From Patescibacteria group bacterium (GTDB taxonomy: Bacteria > Patescibacteriota > Microgenomatia > Daviesbacterales > UBA10151), in assembly GCA_038064895.1 (NCBI GenBank), contig JBBTSA010000010.1:118616-182615 (forward strand): a stretch of 64,000 bases of DNA. Direction: 5' to 3'. Positions within the stretch are counted from its first letter, which is position 1. The number at the start of each line of letters is the position of its first letter. Positions 18,521-27,866 of the stretch are shown here, one piece after another. The position numbers and the translations under genes were made by a program. The notes below the pieces were generated by a model, which was not told the DNA's origin, did not search any database, and saw only the letters and a list, made by a program, of their open reading frames with translations.

Positions 18521-19164
18521 AAAAATATCAAGTTTACAAAAATGTCAAAATTGGTAAGGATACAAAAATTGAGGATGGGGTGATTATCGGACTCCCACCT
18601 ACCGACAAAATAAATGGTGAGTTATCAACAATAATTGGTGAGAATACATATATTAGGGCAAATACTATCATTTATGCAGGAGTTACAATTGGTAAAAATT
18701 TCCAAACAGGTCCAAATGTCTTGATACGAGAAAATAACACAATTGGGAATAACGTTGTAGTTTGGCATGGGAGTACTTTAAACCCGGATAATGTAATCGG
18801 AGATAACTGCCGAATTCACGCTGGTTGTTTTTTGGAAATGGTCACATTGGGCAAAAGCGTTTTCTTGGGTCCGAGAGTTACTTTTACAAATGACCCCCAC
18901 CCTATGCTTCCTGTTAATTTTAAGGAGTGTTTAAAAGGAGCAACCGTAGGAGATAGTGCTGTAATTGGAGGAAATGTGACGATCTTACCTCATATTAAGA
19001 TCGGGGGCAAGGCAGTTATAGGAGCTGGTTCTGTTGTGGTAAAAAATATCTCAAGCAGTAAAGTCGCTGTTGGCAATCCGGCAAAAGTAATTAAGAGTGT
19101 TTCAGAGCTAAAGTGTATAAAATCAGGAAAAATCCACTATCCTTATCGAAACAAAAAGATTTAG
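18517..19164 (+). CDS. Hexapeptide-repeat (left-handed beta-helix) sugar N-acetyltransferase, WbpD/PglD-like
   Basis: Repeated [LIV]-G-x-x-x-x hexads: IGNNVVVWHGSTLNPDNVIGDNCRIHAGCF...IGGNVTILPHIKIGGKAVIGAGSVV. Start overlaps the upstream dehydrogenase by 4 nt. Confidence 0.75.
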   Translation: MKKYQVYKNVKIGKDTKIEDGVIIGLPPTDKINGELSTIIGENTYIRANTIIYAGVTIGKNFQTGPNVLIRENNTIGNNVVVWHGSTLNPDNVIGDNCRIHAGCFLEMVTLGKSVFLGPRVTFTNDPHPMLPVNFKECLKGATVGDSAVIGGNVTILPHIKIGGKAVIGAGSVVVKNISSSKVAVGNPAKVIKSVSELKCIKSGKIHYPYRNKKI

Positions 19165-19166
19165 AT

Positions 19167-19925
19167 TTAGTTTTTTAATTTCAATTTTAATAAAAATACT
19201 GGCTTTGCAAATTTCCACCAGTCAATAATTGGTCTAATTTTTGAGTAATTTTTTACATTTGCTAGATAATCTTTTGAAATGGGTACCTCTTTAACTTTAT
19301 AACCTAAAGTTATAACTTTATAGTGCAAATAAACTTCCAGTTCATAACTATTAAGCCAATTTTGATCTATATTAATTCTCCTATCCTTAAAAATTGACAG
19401 CTTGTAAGCTCTAAAGCCATTTGTAGAATCTGTAAATTTAAATCCTATAAATATCCTCATGAATAATGTAAATCCCAATATCATAATTTTTCTTAAAATT
19501 GGCAAATTTTTAAATGATCCACCCTTCAAAAACCTGGAGCCTTGCACATAATCAAAGTTGTCATTGATAATGGGACTTAGCAAAAGTGGAATCTCTAAAG
19601 GAGTATCCTTACCATTTCCTGCCATTATTACACAAATATCAAAATTGTTACTTAGCCCAAAATTGATTACACTTCTAATTGCTGAGCCCACTCCTCTATT
19701 GCTTGTATGCGAAATTATCTTTGCATTTTTAATATAATTTTTCTTTAAAAAAATTTTAATAACTTTTACAGAATTATCTGTTGACCCATCATTAAGAAAT
19801 AGTATTTTATATGAAAAGTTTAAATGAAACCTTTTAAATTTTTCTAATAGGAATCTTATCTTATCTGCCTCATTGTAAAAGACCACACCAATCAAAATCT
19901 TGAGGTTATTTTTCATATCTTGCAA
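19167..19925 (-). CDS. Glycosyltransferase family 2
   Basis: KILIGVVFYNEADKIRFLLEKF...LNDGSTDNS (GT2 D-G-S motif). Confidence 0.7.
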   Translation of the reverse strand: MQDMKNNLKILIGVVFYNEADKIRFLLEKFKRFHLNFSYKILFLNDGSTDNSVKVIKIFLKKNYIKNAKIISHTSNRGVGSAIRSVINFGLSNNFDICVIMAGNGKDTPLEIPLLLSPIINDNFDYVQGSRFLKGGSFKNLPILRKIMILGFTLFMRIFIGFKFTDSTNGFRAYKLSIFKDRRINIDQNWLNSYELEVYLHYKVITLGYKVKEVPISKDYLANVKNYSKIRPIIDWWKFAKPVFLLKLKLKN

Positions 19926-21367
19926 TAAATCAGTTGATAGTAAAGAGGATCTTTCTCCATTTTTTCCCTCATAACTTTCTTATATCCTTCAAATTGATAG
20001 GGCTGAAAAATGTATTGAATGTGCGGTTCCTTAAGTAAAACTTCATTTTTGCAGAATTCATCCATATTAAAATTACCAAAGTAGGGAAAAGTCTGAACAG
20101 CATTCATGGTATAGTACTTACCTGACTCTCCGCCTTTAAAAAAATGCCAAACTAGTTCAGGATCGGGATTTTCACTATCCCAATAATTAACAAAAAGAGT
20201 ATCTTCAATCTCATATTTATCATATTTTACATCTAAATAACTTCTGGCTGTTTGTTTAAATTGTGCCGGGTAGATAAGACTTTTATATGCTAAAAATCTT
20301 GGCAAATGGTTAAGAAAAGTAATTATAAGTATAATACCTAGGGCAAATGAATATATTCTTTTGCTAAAAACCCTTTCTAAAAGTAGTCCACTAAATCCTA
20401 AAGTTAAAAGATACAGCGGCCTAACAGTTCTACCAAATAAAACATGTTTTTGTAAAATATGAGAAAAAGTCTCTAAGATTAAAAGTACAAGCATTAAGTA
20501 AATAGCAAAAAATAATATTTTCTTCCTACTCTTAATCAAAAATATTCCGGGGAAAATAATTAGAATAAGAAGCAAATTCCAATAGCCATCAACTGCAAGA
20601 ATATATTCTCCTATATAAGATGCTGCCGGCATATAATCTCCTTGTTGAATAGCGGTTACTCCACCTGATTGATCTTTTAATGATTGAAGATATGAGGTAC
20701 TACTGCCAATACTTACGGATAAAAATTGAGTTGTAATAATAATCAGTGATATCCCAATTATAAAATGTAGCGCACTCTTAAGAGACCTGTTATACAAAAT
20801 TAATATAAACGGAATTGGAATAAGGTAGTAGTAATAACTAGGATAAGTTAAAAAAGAAAGTCCTGCAAACAGACCAAAAAGTAATGATTTTTGAAAATAT
20901 ACATATAAAAATAATCCTATTAACAGAAGTAGTAACGCTAAATCATAAGGTAAGGTGTGTCTTATATAGATAAGGGGTGCTATTGAAAAAGTTAATATCA
21001 GCGTAGTGACAATTGCTGCTTTAAGATTTTGAATTTTTTTAACAATAAAAAAAACTAATATTAGAAGCAGTGAATTAATTATCAGGTTGTAAGATAAAGC
21101 AAAAGGAATATTTGGATTTTGCAACTCTAGAAAAGCTGGTGGATAATAAAATAAACCCGCTCCCGGCCTGGCATCTATATTAAAAAGCTGCTTAAGGGGC
21201 AACAAATAATTTCCTAATTTATATGCTTCATCTAAATTAGCAATCAATAAGGGATAACGTGACTCGTCTGCCCAGAACCCAACAGCATCTTTATTGAAGA
21301 TTAGCAAACGAGTGAAAAAAATTATCACTACCAAAATAAATATTAACCAGTAGCGCGATCTTATCAT
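19913..21367 (-). CDS. ArnT/PMT-like GT-C glycosyltransferase (GT83/GT39-like), polytopic membrane protein
   Basis: 484 aa with about 11 hydrophobic helices. First loop carries GFWADESRYPLLIANL, resembling the conserved DE.RY loop-1 motif of ArnT and protein O-mannosyltransferases. Sits downstream of the GtrB/ArnC-like GT2 22950..23657. Confidence 0.6.
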   Translation of the reverse strand: MIRSRYWLIFILVVIIFFTRLLIFNKDAVGFWADESRYPLLIANLDEAYKLGNYLLPLKQLFNIDARPGAGLFYYPPAFLELQNPNIPFALSYNLIINSLLLILVFFIVKKIQNLKAAIVTTLILTFSIAPLIYIRHTLPYDLALLLLLIGLFLYVYFQKSLLFGLFAGLSFLTYPSYYYYLIPIPFILILYNRSLKSALHFIIGISLIIITTQFLSVSIGSSTSYLQSLKDQSGGVTAIQQGDYMPAASYIGEYILAVDGYWNLLLILIIFPGIFLIKSRKKILFFAIYLMLVLLILETFSHILQKHVLFGRTVRPLYLLTLGFSGLLLERVFSKRIYSFALGIILIITFLNHLPRFLAYKSLIYPAQFKQTARSYLDVKYDKYEIEDTLFVNYWDSENPDPELVWHFFKGGESGKYYTMNAVQTFPYFGNFNMDEFCKNEVLLKEPHIQYIFQPYQFEGYKKVMREKMEKDPLYYQLIYCKI

Positions 21368-23052
21368 TGATTCAGTGATGCCTCTACCCTTTGTTTCACA
21401 TCGTCTTTAATATCCAGAACTTTTTCCCCCTCAACTTTTAAGGCGAAAATCCTACCCCAAATATCAGGTTCCTCCTTTTCAGATAAGCTTTTTTCTACAT
21501 AAGAAACTAATTCTCCATATGTTATTATTGGAGGTGCCAGTAAACTGTTAAAAGCAATTAATTCCTTTGTGTCAAATGTTGAAGGTTTAGTATCAATTTT
21601 ATAAACAGCTAGTGTATGAGGGATAAATCCGTCATTAACAGTATAAATTGCCCTAGCAGTGCCATCGGTTTCAAAGTAAAATACATTCATTTTTTCTTTA
21701 CTTAAACTGGATTCTGGAACAACTTGAGGAATTTGTCTCCATATTTTCGTCATAAATGGACCGTTTCTTTGATTTGATAATTCATTTAAAAAAAAGTATG
21801 TAGTAATGGAATGAATTAAAATCAATAATATCATCGAACTGACAATAATTTTCTTAAATCTAGTTTTTTTTGTTAAAGAAACAAGAACTGCCATTGTAAT
21901 AACAAAACCTATGAAGGGAGGCATCAAATACCGCATTGTTGAAGGTAATGGAGGAGACTCTGTATGACCATTATATGTGTATATTAAAAAATATAATGTA
22001 AAAAAGAGTAGTGTCCATAAAATAAAAGAAGATAAAAGATGAAAATCTTTGCTTTTTTTCTTTACTATGTATATAGAAATTATTACAAAGCTAACTATTA
22101 AAGCAATTCCAAAAATTTGTGAGATAGTACCACTTCTATCAATAACGCTTGGGAAAATAATATTACCTAAACCTGCTAGATAGTTTGTAATAATCTTAAA
22201 CTCTAAGCTCACCCAGCTTACTAAAAAAGAAGTAGCGTCTGAAGCAAATCGACTAACTTCACTAATTTTACCTTCAACTGCCCCCAGACTATACCAGGCA
22301 AAAATACCTATTTTATACAGTAATATAAAAATCACAAGTACTATAGTTTGTCTTATTAGAAAAGGTTTTACCTTATTTTTTTCAAAATGTAATAACAGTC
22401 TGGTACTATCGACAATAAATGCCCAAGCATATACTGGAAAAACTCTAAAGGATGCAATAGAAGTAGCAAGCAGTAGTGCTATCCCCATAGGTAATAAGTA
22501 TATATAAGAAAATTTTTCTTGTATCTTGAAAAAAGTAATTAGAAAAATTGTTAATACAAACATTGAAATATATGAAATCATATTCATTACTTCATAAGTA
22601 TTTTGAAGCCCGGCAAAGGATACTGAAAAAAATAAGCCTCCTAAAAATGAGGCTAAACGATCTTTAGTTAAAGTGTAAATAAACACCAGAATAGTAAAGG
22701 CAAGCAGGTTTCTAAAAATAAAAGATAAAATATAGTAGGATAAAAAATCTGGGCCCAGAAAGGTGTATAAAGTATCCATAAACCAAACCGGACTGGTATA
22801 AGTTGAAGTTCTAATATCTGCATAATCAGTTTTTGGCAAAACTACGCCGCGCCAATCCTCATCTTCGAAAGCCAGATTAAAAGAAGGAAATAATACTATA
22901 AAAGAAATAATTATTATTGAAATAAAGGACAAAAAGTAAAATTTTAACACTATTTCTGGATAGTGTACCACAACCTTAATATTCCAAAAAGTGATTTGAT
23001 GGCAACGAGCAAACTTGTTCCTTTGGCTTTTCCGCCTTTTCGCCCTCGCCAA
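21364..23052 (-). CDS. Polytopic membrane protein, family B (putative GT-C-like glycosyltransferase)
   Basis: Paralog of 35442..37247 (FPSFNLAFEDEDW vs YPSFNLALFGDDW; LTKDRLASFLGGLFFSVSFAGL vs LTKNKLSGIFAVLFFSVTTIGL). The tabulated N-terminus overlaps 22950..23657 by about 100 nt. A GTG at about 22982 (VVHYPEIV) is a more plausible start. Confidence 0.5.
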   Translation of the reverse strand: MARAKRRKSQRNKFARCHQITFWNIKVVVHYPEIVLKFYFLSFISIIIISFIVLFPSFNLAFEDEDWRGVVLPKTDYADIRTSTYTSPVWFMDTLYTFLGPDFLSYYILSFIFRNLLAFTILVFIYTLTKDRLASFLGGLFFSVSFAGLQNTYEVMNMISYISMFVLTIFLITFFKIQEKFSYIYLLPMGIALLLATSIASFRVFPVYAWAFIVDSTRLLLHFEKNKVKPFLIRQTIVLVIFILLYKIGIFAWYSLGAVEGKISEVSRFASDATSFLVSWVSLEFKIITNYLAGLGNIIFPSVIDRSGTISQIFGIALIVSFVIISIYIVKKKSKDFHLLSSFILWTLLFFTLYFLIYTYNGHTESPPLPSTMRYLMPPFIGFVITMAVLVSLTKKTRFKKIIVSSMILLILIHSITTYFFLNELSNQRNGPFMTKIWRQIPQVVPESSLSKEKMNVFYFETDGTARAIYTVNDGFIPHTLAVYKIDTKPSTFDTKELIAFNSLLAPPIITYGELVSYVEKSLSEKEEPDIWGRIFALKVEGEKVLDIKDDVKQRVEASLNQ

Positions 23053-23657
23053 TTGATTGGAACTTCTACAAAAGAATATTTTTGTTTCATTGCCTTACTT
23101 ATAACTTCAGGTAAAAACATTGCACTTCTATCTTCGCTTTCAATTTCAATTGATTGAACAACTCTCTCCCGCCACAAAGAAACCGTAGAAAATTCTCTAA
23201 GGTTTATTCTAAGAAGTTTTCGATTTAGGAATAAATATGGTAGATGGAAAATTATTGCCTTTATTTTTCTACTAACGCGCTCCTCGTTTGAAACTCTGTA
23301 CCCTGTTGCAACATCATGTCCCCGAATTGCTTCTATAAACTTAGGCAGCTCACTAAAATCAAATTGTCCGTCGGCAGGAGCAAGAAAAATCCAGTGTTTA
23401 TGAGCAGATGCAAAAGCAGTTTTCATTGCTCCGGTAAATCCTTTATTCTTTTTATGATGATGAGCGAAAACTTTTTTACTGTGGGCTAACTTATCAATAA
23501 TTTTTCCGGTATTATCTGTTGAGCCATCATTAACCAGTACTATTTCATAATCTACTTTTAGTTTTTTTAAAATTAAAGTCGCATCTCTAACTACATCTTT
23601 AATTGTCTCTTCTTCATTGAAAGCGGGGATAACTACAGAAATGGAGTCAGTTTTCAT
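22950..23657 (-). CDS. GT2 polyprenyl-phosphate glycosyltransferase, GtrB/ArnC/DPM1-like
   Basis: ISVVIPAFNEEETIKDVVRD...YEIVLVNDGSTDNTGKIIDKL...FLAPADGQFD. Short (235 aa), DPM1-like architecture. Confidence 0.75.
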   Translation of the reverse strand: MKTDSISVVIPAFNEEETIKDVVRDATLILKKLKVDYEIVLVNDGSTDNTGKIIDKLAHSKKVFAHHHKKNKGFTGAMKTAFASAHKHWIFLAPADGQFDFSELPKFIEAIRGHDVATGYRVSNEERVSRKIKAIIFHLPYLFLNRKLLRINLREFSTVSLWRERVVQSIEIESEDRSAMFLPEVISKAMKQKYSFVEVPINWRGRKGGKAKGTSLLVAIKSLFGILRLWYTIQK

Positions 23658-24610
23658 CTTACTATACCAAGTGTTCCCTTTATAGAGGAAAAGATTTTAC
23701 TGGCCGGTAATTTTTTTCCTTCTACCTCTATCTCTTCTATTTTCAAACTGCCATCACCGGTTAAAACTTCCACCCATCCCTGCCCTACCGCTACAACTCT
23801 TCCCGGAATTCTACCAACGAAGTTTCGTGGAGAATCAGTAAATGAAGCCTTTTGTATAATAATTTTTCTCCCTTCATAGATTGTAAATGCTCCTGGATAA
23901 GGATCAGACAATGCTCGTATCAGATTATAAATATCTTTCGCAGGTCTAGTCCAGAAAATCTCACCGTCATCTGGAGTACGGAAGCAAGTATAGGTTGCTT
24001 CTTTTTCATTTTGTTTTATTCTCGAAGCACTTCCCCTTTTTATATCCTCCAAATAATCTATAAGAATTTCTACTGATGCGGTTTTGGTCTTTTGATAAAG
24101 CGTAAAACCAGTATCAGTTGATCCAATAGGTATTTTTCTTTGTGCTATTATATCACCGGAATCTATACCCTCATCCAGATAAAACAATGTCACCCCACTC
24201 ATCTTTTCACCATTTATAATGGCCCAATTAATCGGCGCAAATCCTCTGTATTTGGGCAAGAGTGATTCATGCACTGCCACAACTCCCCTTTTGGGAATTT
24301 TTAATACTTCAGAGGGTATTATGGTTCTCCATCCCATCACAATAATAAGTAATGGTTTTAAATTTTTTAAGAGATTAATATCAGTTACACTCTTAATAGT
24401 TTTAGTAACTTTAACCGGAATTGAGTGTTTCTTGGCTAAAGCTACGATCTGTTTAGAATATTTTTCTTTCTCATGATCATCTTCTTCCAAACAAAAAATA
24501 TAAGGTAACTTTTCACCTTTTTCTATAAGGGCTTTTATGCACTTAAGTCCCCTATCCCTTCCGCCGATAAAAACTATATTTTCATCCTTTTGCATATTAA
24601 CCTTCCGCAT
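23654..24610 (-). CDS. Sugar N-formyltransferase (Fmt/ArnA-FT/VioF-like formyl_trans_N plus C-terminal domain)
   Basis: LIIVMGWRTIIPSEVLKIPKRGVVAVHESLLPKYRGFAPINWAIINGEKMSGVTLFYLDEGIDSGDII is the HxSLLPxxRG plus D catalytic signature of N10-formyl-THF-dependent formyltransferases. Located in a sugar-tailoring operon, not next to def/fmt. Confidence 0.75.
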   Translation of the reverse strand: MRKVNMQKDENIVFIGGRDRGLKCIKALIEKGEKLPYIFCLEEDDHEKEKYSKQIVALAKKHSIPVKVTKTIKSVTDINLLKNLKPLLIIVMGWRTIIPSEVLKIPKRGVVAVHESLLPKYRGFAPINWAIINGEKMSGVTLFYLDEGIDSGDIIAQRKIPIGSTDTGFTLYQKTKTASVEILIDYLEDIKRGSASRIKQNEKEATYTCFRTPDDGEIFWTRPAKDIYNLIRALSDPYPGAFTIYEGRKIIIQKASFTDSPRNFVGRIPGRVVAVGQGWVEVLTGDGSLKIEEIEVEGKKLPASKIFSSIKGTLGIVR

Positions 24611-25790
24611 ACTCTAATATTTTACTTATTATAAAGTCTTGCTGTTTAGCTGTCATATTAAAATATAGTGGGATTGTTAAAGTTTGCTTTGTTGCCGCTT
24701 CTGTTTCTGCAAGTGCAAGTCTAGGGTACATTTTCCTATAAGGAGTTTCTAAATGGGCTGCCATTACACCAATTCTTGTAGAAATACCTGCATTTAACAG
24801 CTTTTGCATCAGCACATCTCTTGTTATTTTCCCATTGGGTTGCAAACGAATAATATAAGACTGGAAATTATGAATGTAACCCTCTGGGATAAAAGGCGCA
24901 GTTATATTTTTACTCGTAGAAAAAACTTTCGTGTAATATCTTGCAATCTGTACTCTCTTTTTCAAAATCACTTTCAATTTTTTCATTTGCTCAACTCCAA
25001 TTGCAGCTTGAATATCTGACATACGGAAATTATATCCAATAACAGGGTAGTTTTCTTTAATAACTTTACTTGCTTTGTGGCGCACTACATCTGATACTGA
25101 CATACCTTGATGTCTCAAAATTCTTAATTTTTCTGCCAACTTTTTACTGTTTGTTAAAATCATACCTCCTTCCCCTGTTGTTATAGCTTTTCTTGGATGA
25201 AAACTAAAACAAGCTACTTCTCCAAAACTTCCAATCATCTTTCCCTTATAAGGAAACCTTGTAAGCTCATCTTGAAAGAAGTTTCCTTTCAAGCTTCGCT
25301 TATAAACACTCCCTAAAGCGCATGCAGCATCTTCAATTACATGCAGTCTGTATTTTTTGGCAATTTTAAAGATTTTATCGTAATCAGCAGGTAATCCTAC
25401 CTGATCAACAGGAATAATGGCTTTTGTTTTTTTTGTAATAGCCTTTGCAATTTCTTTTGGATCAATATTGTAAGTTTTTGGATCAATATCTACAAAGACA
25501 GGTGTAGCTCCTGCATGTACTACCACATTTGCCGTAGCAATAAATGAAAAAGACGGTACAATTACTTCATCTCCGCGACCTATTCCTAAAGCATGCAAAC
25601 ATAAAAAAAGAGCTGTTGTTGCCGAGGTTGTGGCAACAGCATATTTTGCTCCAACATATTTTCTTACTGCCTCCTCAAACTCTTCAACTTTCGGCCCTTG
25701 AGTAACCCACCCCGATCTAATTACCTTAGCAACTGCATTTTCCTCGGATTTATCAAAATATGGCTTTGTTAATGGAATCCTCATTACCAA
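24597..25790 (-). CDS. DegT/DnrJ/EryC1/StrS-family PLP-dependent sugar aminotransferase (ArnB-like)
   Basis: FSFHPRKAITTGEGGMILTN contains the Schiff-base Lys in the canonical SFHxxK context. Confidence 0.8.
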   Translation of the reverse strand: MVMRIPLTKPYFDKSEENAVAKVIRSGWVTQGPKVEEFEEAVRKYVGAKYAVATTSATTALFLCLHALGIGRGDEVIVPSFSFIATANVVVHAGATPVFVDIDPKTYNIDPKEIAKAITKKTKAIIPVDQVGLPADYDKIFKIAKKYRLHVIEDAACALGSVYKRSLKGNFFQDELTRFPYKGKMIGSFGEVACFSFHPRKAITTGEGGMILTNSKKLAEKLRILRHQGMSVSDVVRHKASKVIKENYPVIGYNFRMSDIQAAIGVEQMKKLKVILKKRVQIARYYTKVFSTSKNITAPFIPEGYIHNFQSYIIRLQPNGKITRDVLMQKLLNAGISTRIGVMAAHLETPYRKMYPRLALAETEAATKQTLTIPLYFNMTAKQQDFIISKILEYAEG

Positions 25791-26755
25791 TTTTTCTCCT
25801 GATAAAATTTAAGAGCCTTTTTCGGATTGGGCATAAACTTTTTAAACCAATCTAAGTATCTTTGAACACCCCCTGTTATATCAATTCCTGCTTTAAAACC
25901 TAAATCTTTTCCTGCCTTCCTTGTATCAGCGAAATGTCTTATAACATCACCTGGACGAGGATCTAAATGTTGAATTGGTACATCTACTTGGCATATTTTT
26001 AAAACAATTTTAGCCAAATCCGATATTGATACTTCCTGGCCATGCCCGATATTATAAGCTTGACCTAATGTACCTTTCTCAAAAACTGAATAAATACCCC
26101 GGGTAACATCTGTCACAAATGTAAAATCCCTTGTTTGTTTACCATTTCCAAAAATTTGTAGCGATAGTCCATTTAAAGCTCGCACAATAAACCTTGGTAT
26201 TACTTCCCCATACGGACCCTCAAAGTGCTCATTATATCCATAAGTGTTAAATGGTCTAACCACCACAATAGGATATTTGTAGGTTCTAAAATAAGCTTGG
26301 CAGTAAAGCTCTCCGGCTAATTTACTGGCTCCATAAATAGTCGTGGGGCTGGTTGGGTGATTTTCAGACATAGGTACAGTTTCGGCACTCCCATAGATCT
26401 CTGATGAAGAGATGTACACGAATTTGGGGATTTTATTGATAAAAGCTGCGTCTAAAACTGATAAAGTTCCAGTTGAATTGACATCATGCACCAACCAAGG
26501 ATCCTTTATAGATTTTCTAACACATTGGACAGCTAGATGAAAGACTACATCTGCCTTATTTATAACTTTCTTCATCTGCATTTTATCAAAAACACTGACT
26601 TCGATAATTTTTAGATTTTTATCATTCGGTAAGTTTTCTTTTTTACCAATAGAGAAATCATCAATAACAACTACTGACCATCCTTTCCTCAATAGAAAAG
26701 TAGTCAAATTGCTTCCAATAAAACCAGCTCCTCCTGTTATAACTGCTTTAGACAT
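25784..26755 (-). CDS. Extended-SDR NAD-dependent NDP-sugar dehydratase/decarboxylase/epimerase (RmlB/UXS/ArnA-DH-like)
   Basis: VITGGAGFIGSNL (Rossmann), YGASKLAGELYCQAY (YxxxK), VVVRPFNTYG. 323 aa. Confidence 0.7.
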   Translation of the reverse strand: MSKAVITGGAGFIGSNLTTFLLRKGWSVVVIDDFSIGKKENLPNDKNLKIIEVSVFDKMQMKKVINKADVVFHLAVQCVRKSIKDPWLVHDVNSTGTLSVLDAAFINKIPKFVYISSSEIYGSAETVPMSENHPTSPTTIYGASKLAGELYCQAYFRTYKYPIVVVRPFNTYGYNEHFEGPYGEVIPRFIVRALNGLSLQIFGNGKQTRDFTFVTDVTRGIYSVFEKGTLGQAYNIGHGQEVSISDLAKIVLKICQVDVPIQHLDPRPGDVIRHFADTRKAGKDLGFKAGIDITGGVQRYLDWFKKFMPNPKKALKFYQEKNW

Positions 26756-26756
26756 T

Positions 26757-27866
26757 TTATTTATTTCCTTTGAAAAATTTTTGTATTAGAGAACATATAT
26801 ATTCTATTTCCTCTGTCCTTAATCCAGGATACATGGGAAGTGAAATAATTTCTTTTGCATACAGTTCTGTAATAGGAAACGCTCCCTTTTTATAGTCAAG
26901 ATCATTAAGGGATTTCTGCATATGGATAGGAATCGGATAATGAATTCCACAAAAAACACCTTTCCTTTTTAGATACTCTAATAAGACGTCTCTTTTTTTG
27001 CTCCTCACAACAAAGAGATGGTAGTTAGAAACAGTACCATCTCTTTCTTTTGGTAGAACAAGAGGCAAACCCTCTAATAACTCCTTATAAAGAGTGGCTA
27101 GTCCCCTCCTTTGTTTATTCCATGTATCCAAATATCTAAGCTTTGCCCTTAGAATGGCTGCCTGAAGAGTATCTAGCCTGCTATTGTAGCCTCTTTCGGT
27201 ATGATGATATTTCTTTTGCTGTCCCATATTACGGAGCACTTTTATCCTTTGGGCTAAATCTTTATTATTTGTAACTACTGCTCCTCCATCTCCCGCAGCT
27301 CCTAAATTTTTGGCAGGATAGAAAGAAAAAGCGGCCATATCGCCAAATGAACCGCATTTCTTTCCGTTTAACATTGAGCCATGGGCTTGACATGCATCTT
27401 CCAAAACAAACAAATTGTGGCTACGGGCAATTTTCATTATTTTATCCATTGGAGCAGGGATTCCATAAAGATGAACAGGAATTATAACTTTAGTTTTTTT
27501 ACTTATTGCTTTTTCCAAAACCTTGGGGTCCATTTGGTAAGTTTCAGAGTCAATTTCCGAAAGTACTGGTTTTGCTCCAAGTATAACGATTGGGAAAACA
27601 GTAGCCACAAAAGTATTGGGGACAGTTATAACTTCATCCCCTGCTCCTACTCCCATGGCATGAAGCGAAAGCAAAATTGCATCTGTACCGGAGGCTACAC
27701 CAACGCAATATTTAACTTTGCAAAACCTGGCAAATTCTTTCTCAAATTTTTCAACTTCCTCACCCAATATAAAATCTCCTTTTGAAAAAATTTTATAAAG
27801 TGAGTCATCAATCTTTAATTTAATCTTTTGGTATTGATAAGAAAGATCAACTAAAGGAATTGGCAT
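26757..27866 (-). CDS. DegT-family PLP-dependent sugar aminotransferase, WbpE/PglE-like
   Basis: FSFYPAKNLGAAGDGGAVVTN (SFYPxKNLGAxGDGGA signature of UDP-keto-sugar aminotransferases). Confidence 0.8.
   Translation of the reverse strand: MPIPLVDLSYQYQKIKLKIDDSLYKIFSKGDFILGEEVEKFEKEFARFCKVKYCVGVASGTDAILLSLHAMGVGAGDEVITVPNTFVATVFPIVILGAKPVLSEIDSETYQMDPKVLEKAISKKTKVIIPVHLYGIPAPMDKIMKIARSHNLFVLEDACQAHGSMLNGKKCGSFGDMAAFSFYPAKNLGAAGDGGAVVTNNKDLAQRIKVLRNMGQQKKYHHTERGYNSRLDTLQAAILRAKLRYLDTWNKQRRGLATLYKELLEGLPLVLPKERDGTVSNYHLFVVRSKKRDVLLEYLKRKGVFCGIHYPIPIHMQKSLNDLDYKKGAFPITELYAKEIISLPMYPGLRTEEIEYICSLIQKFFKGNK

Noticed and set aside
23654-24610. The formyltransferase as the housekeeping methionyl-tRNA formyltransferase Fmt
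   Set aside because: It is embedded between a DegT aminotransferase and a GtrB/ArnC-like GT2 in a sugar operon, and lacks the def neighbour typical of fmt. Sequence alone cannot fully separate Fmt from sugar N-formyltransferases, so the call is flagged for phylogenetic checking.
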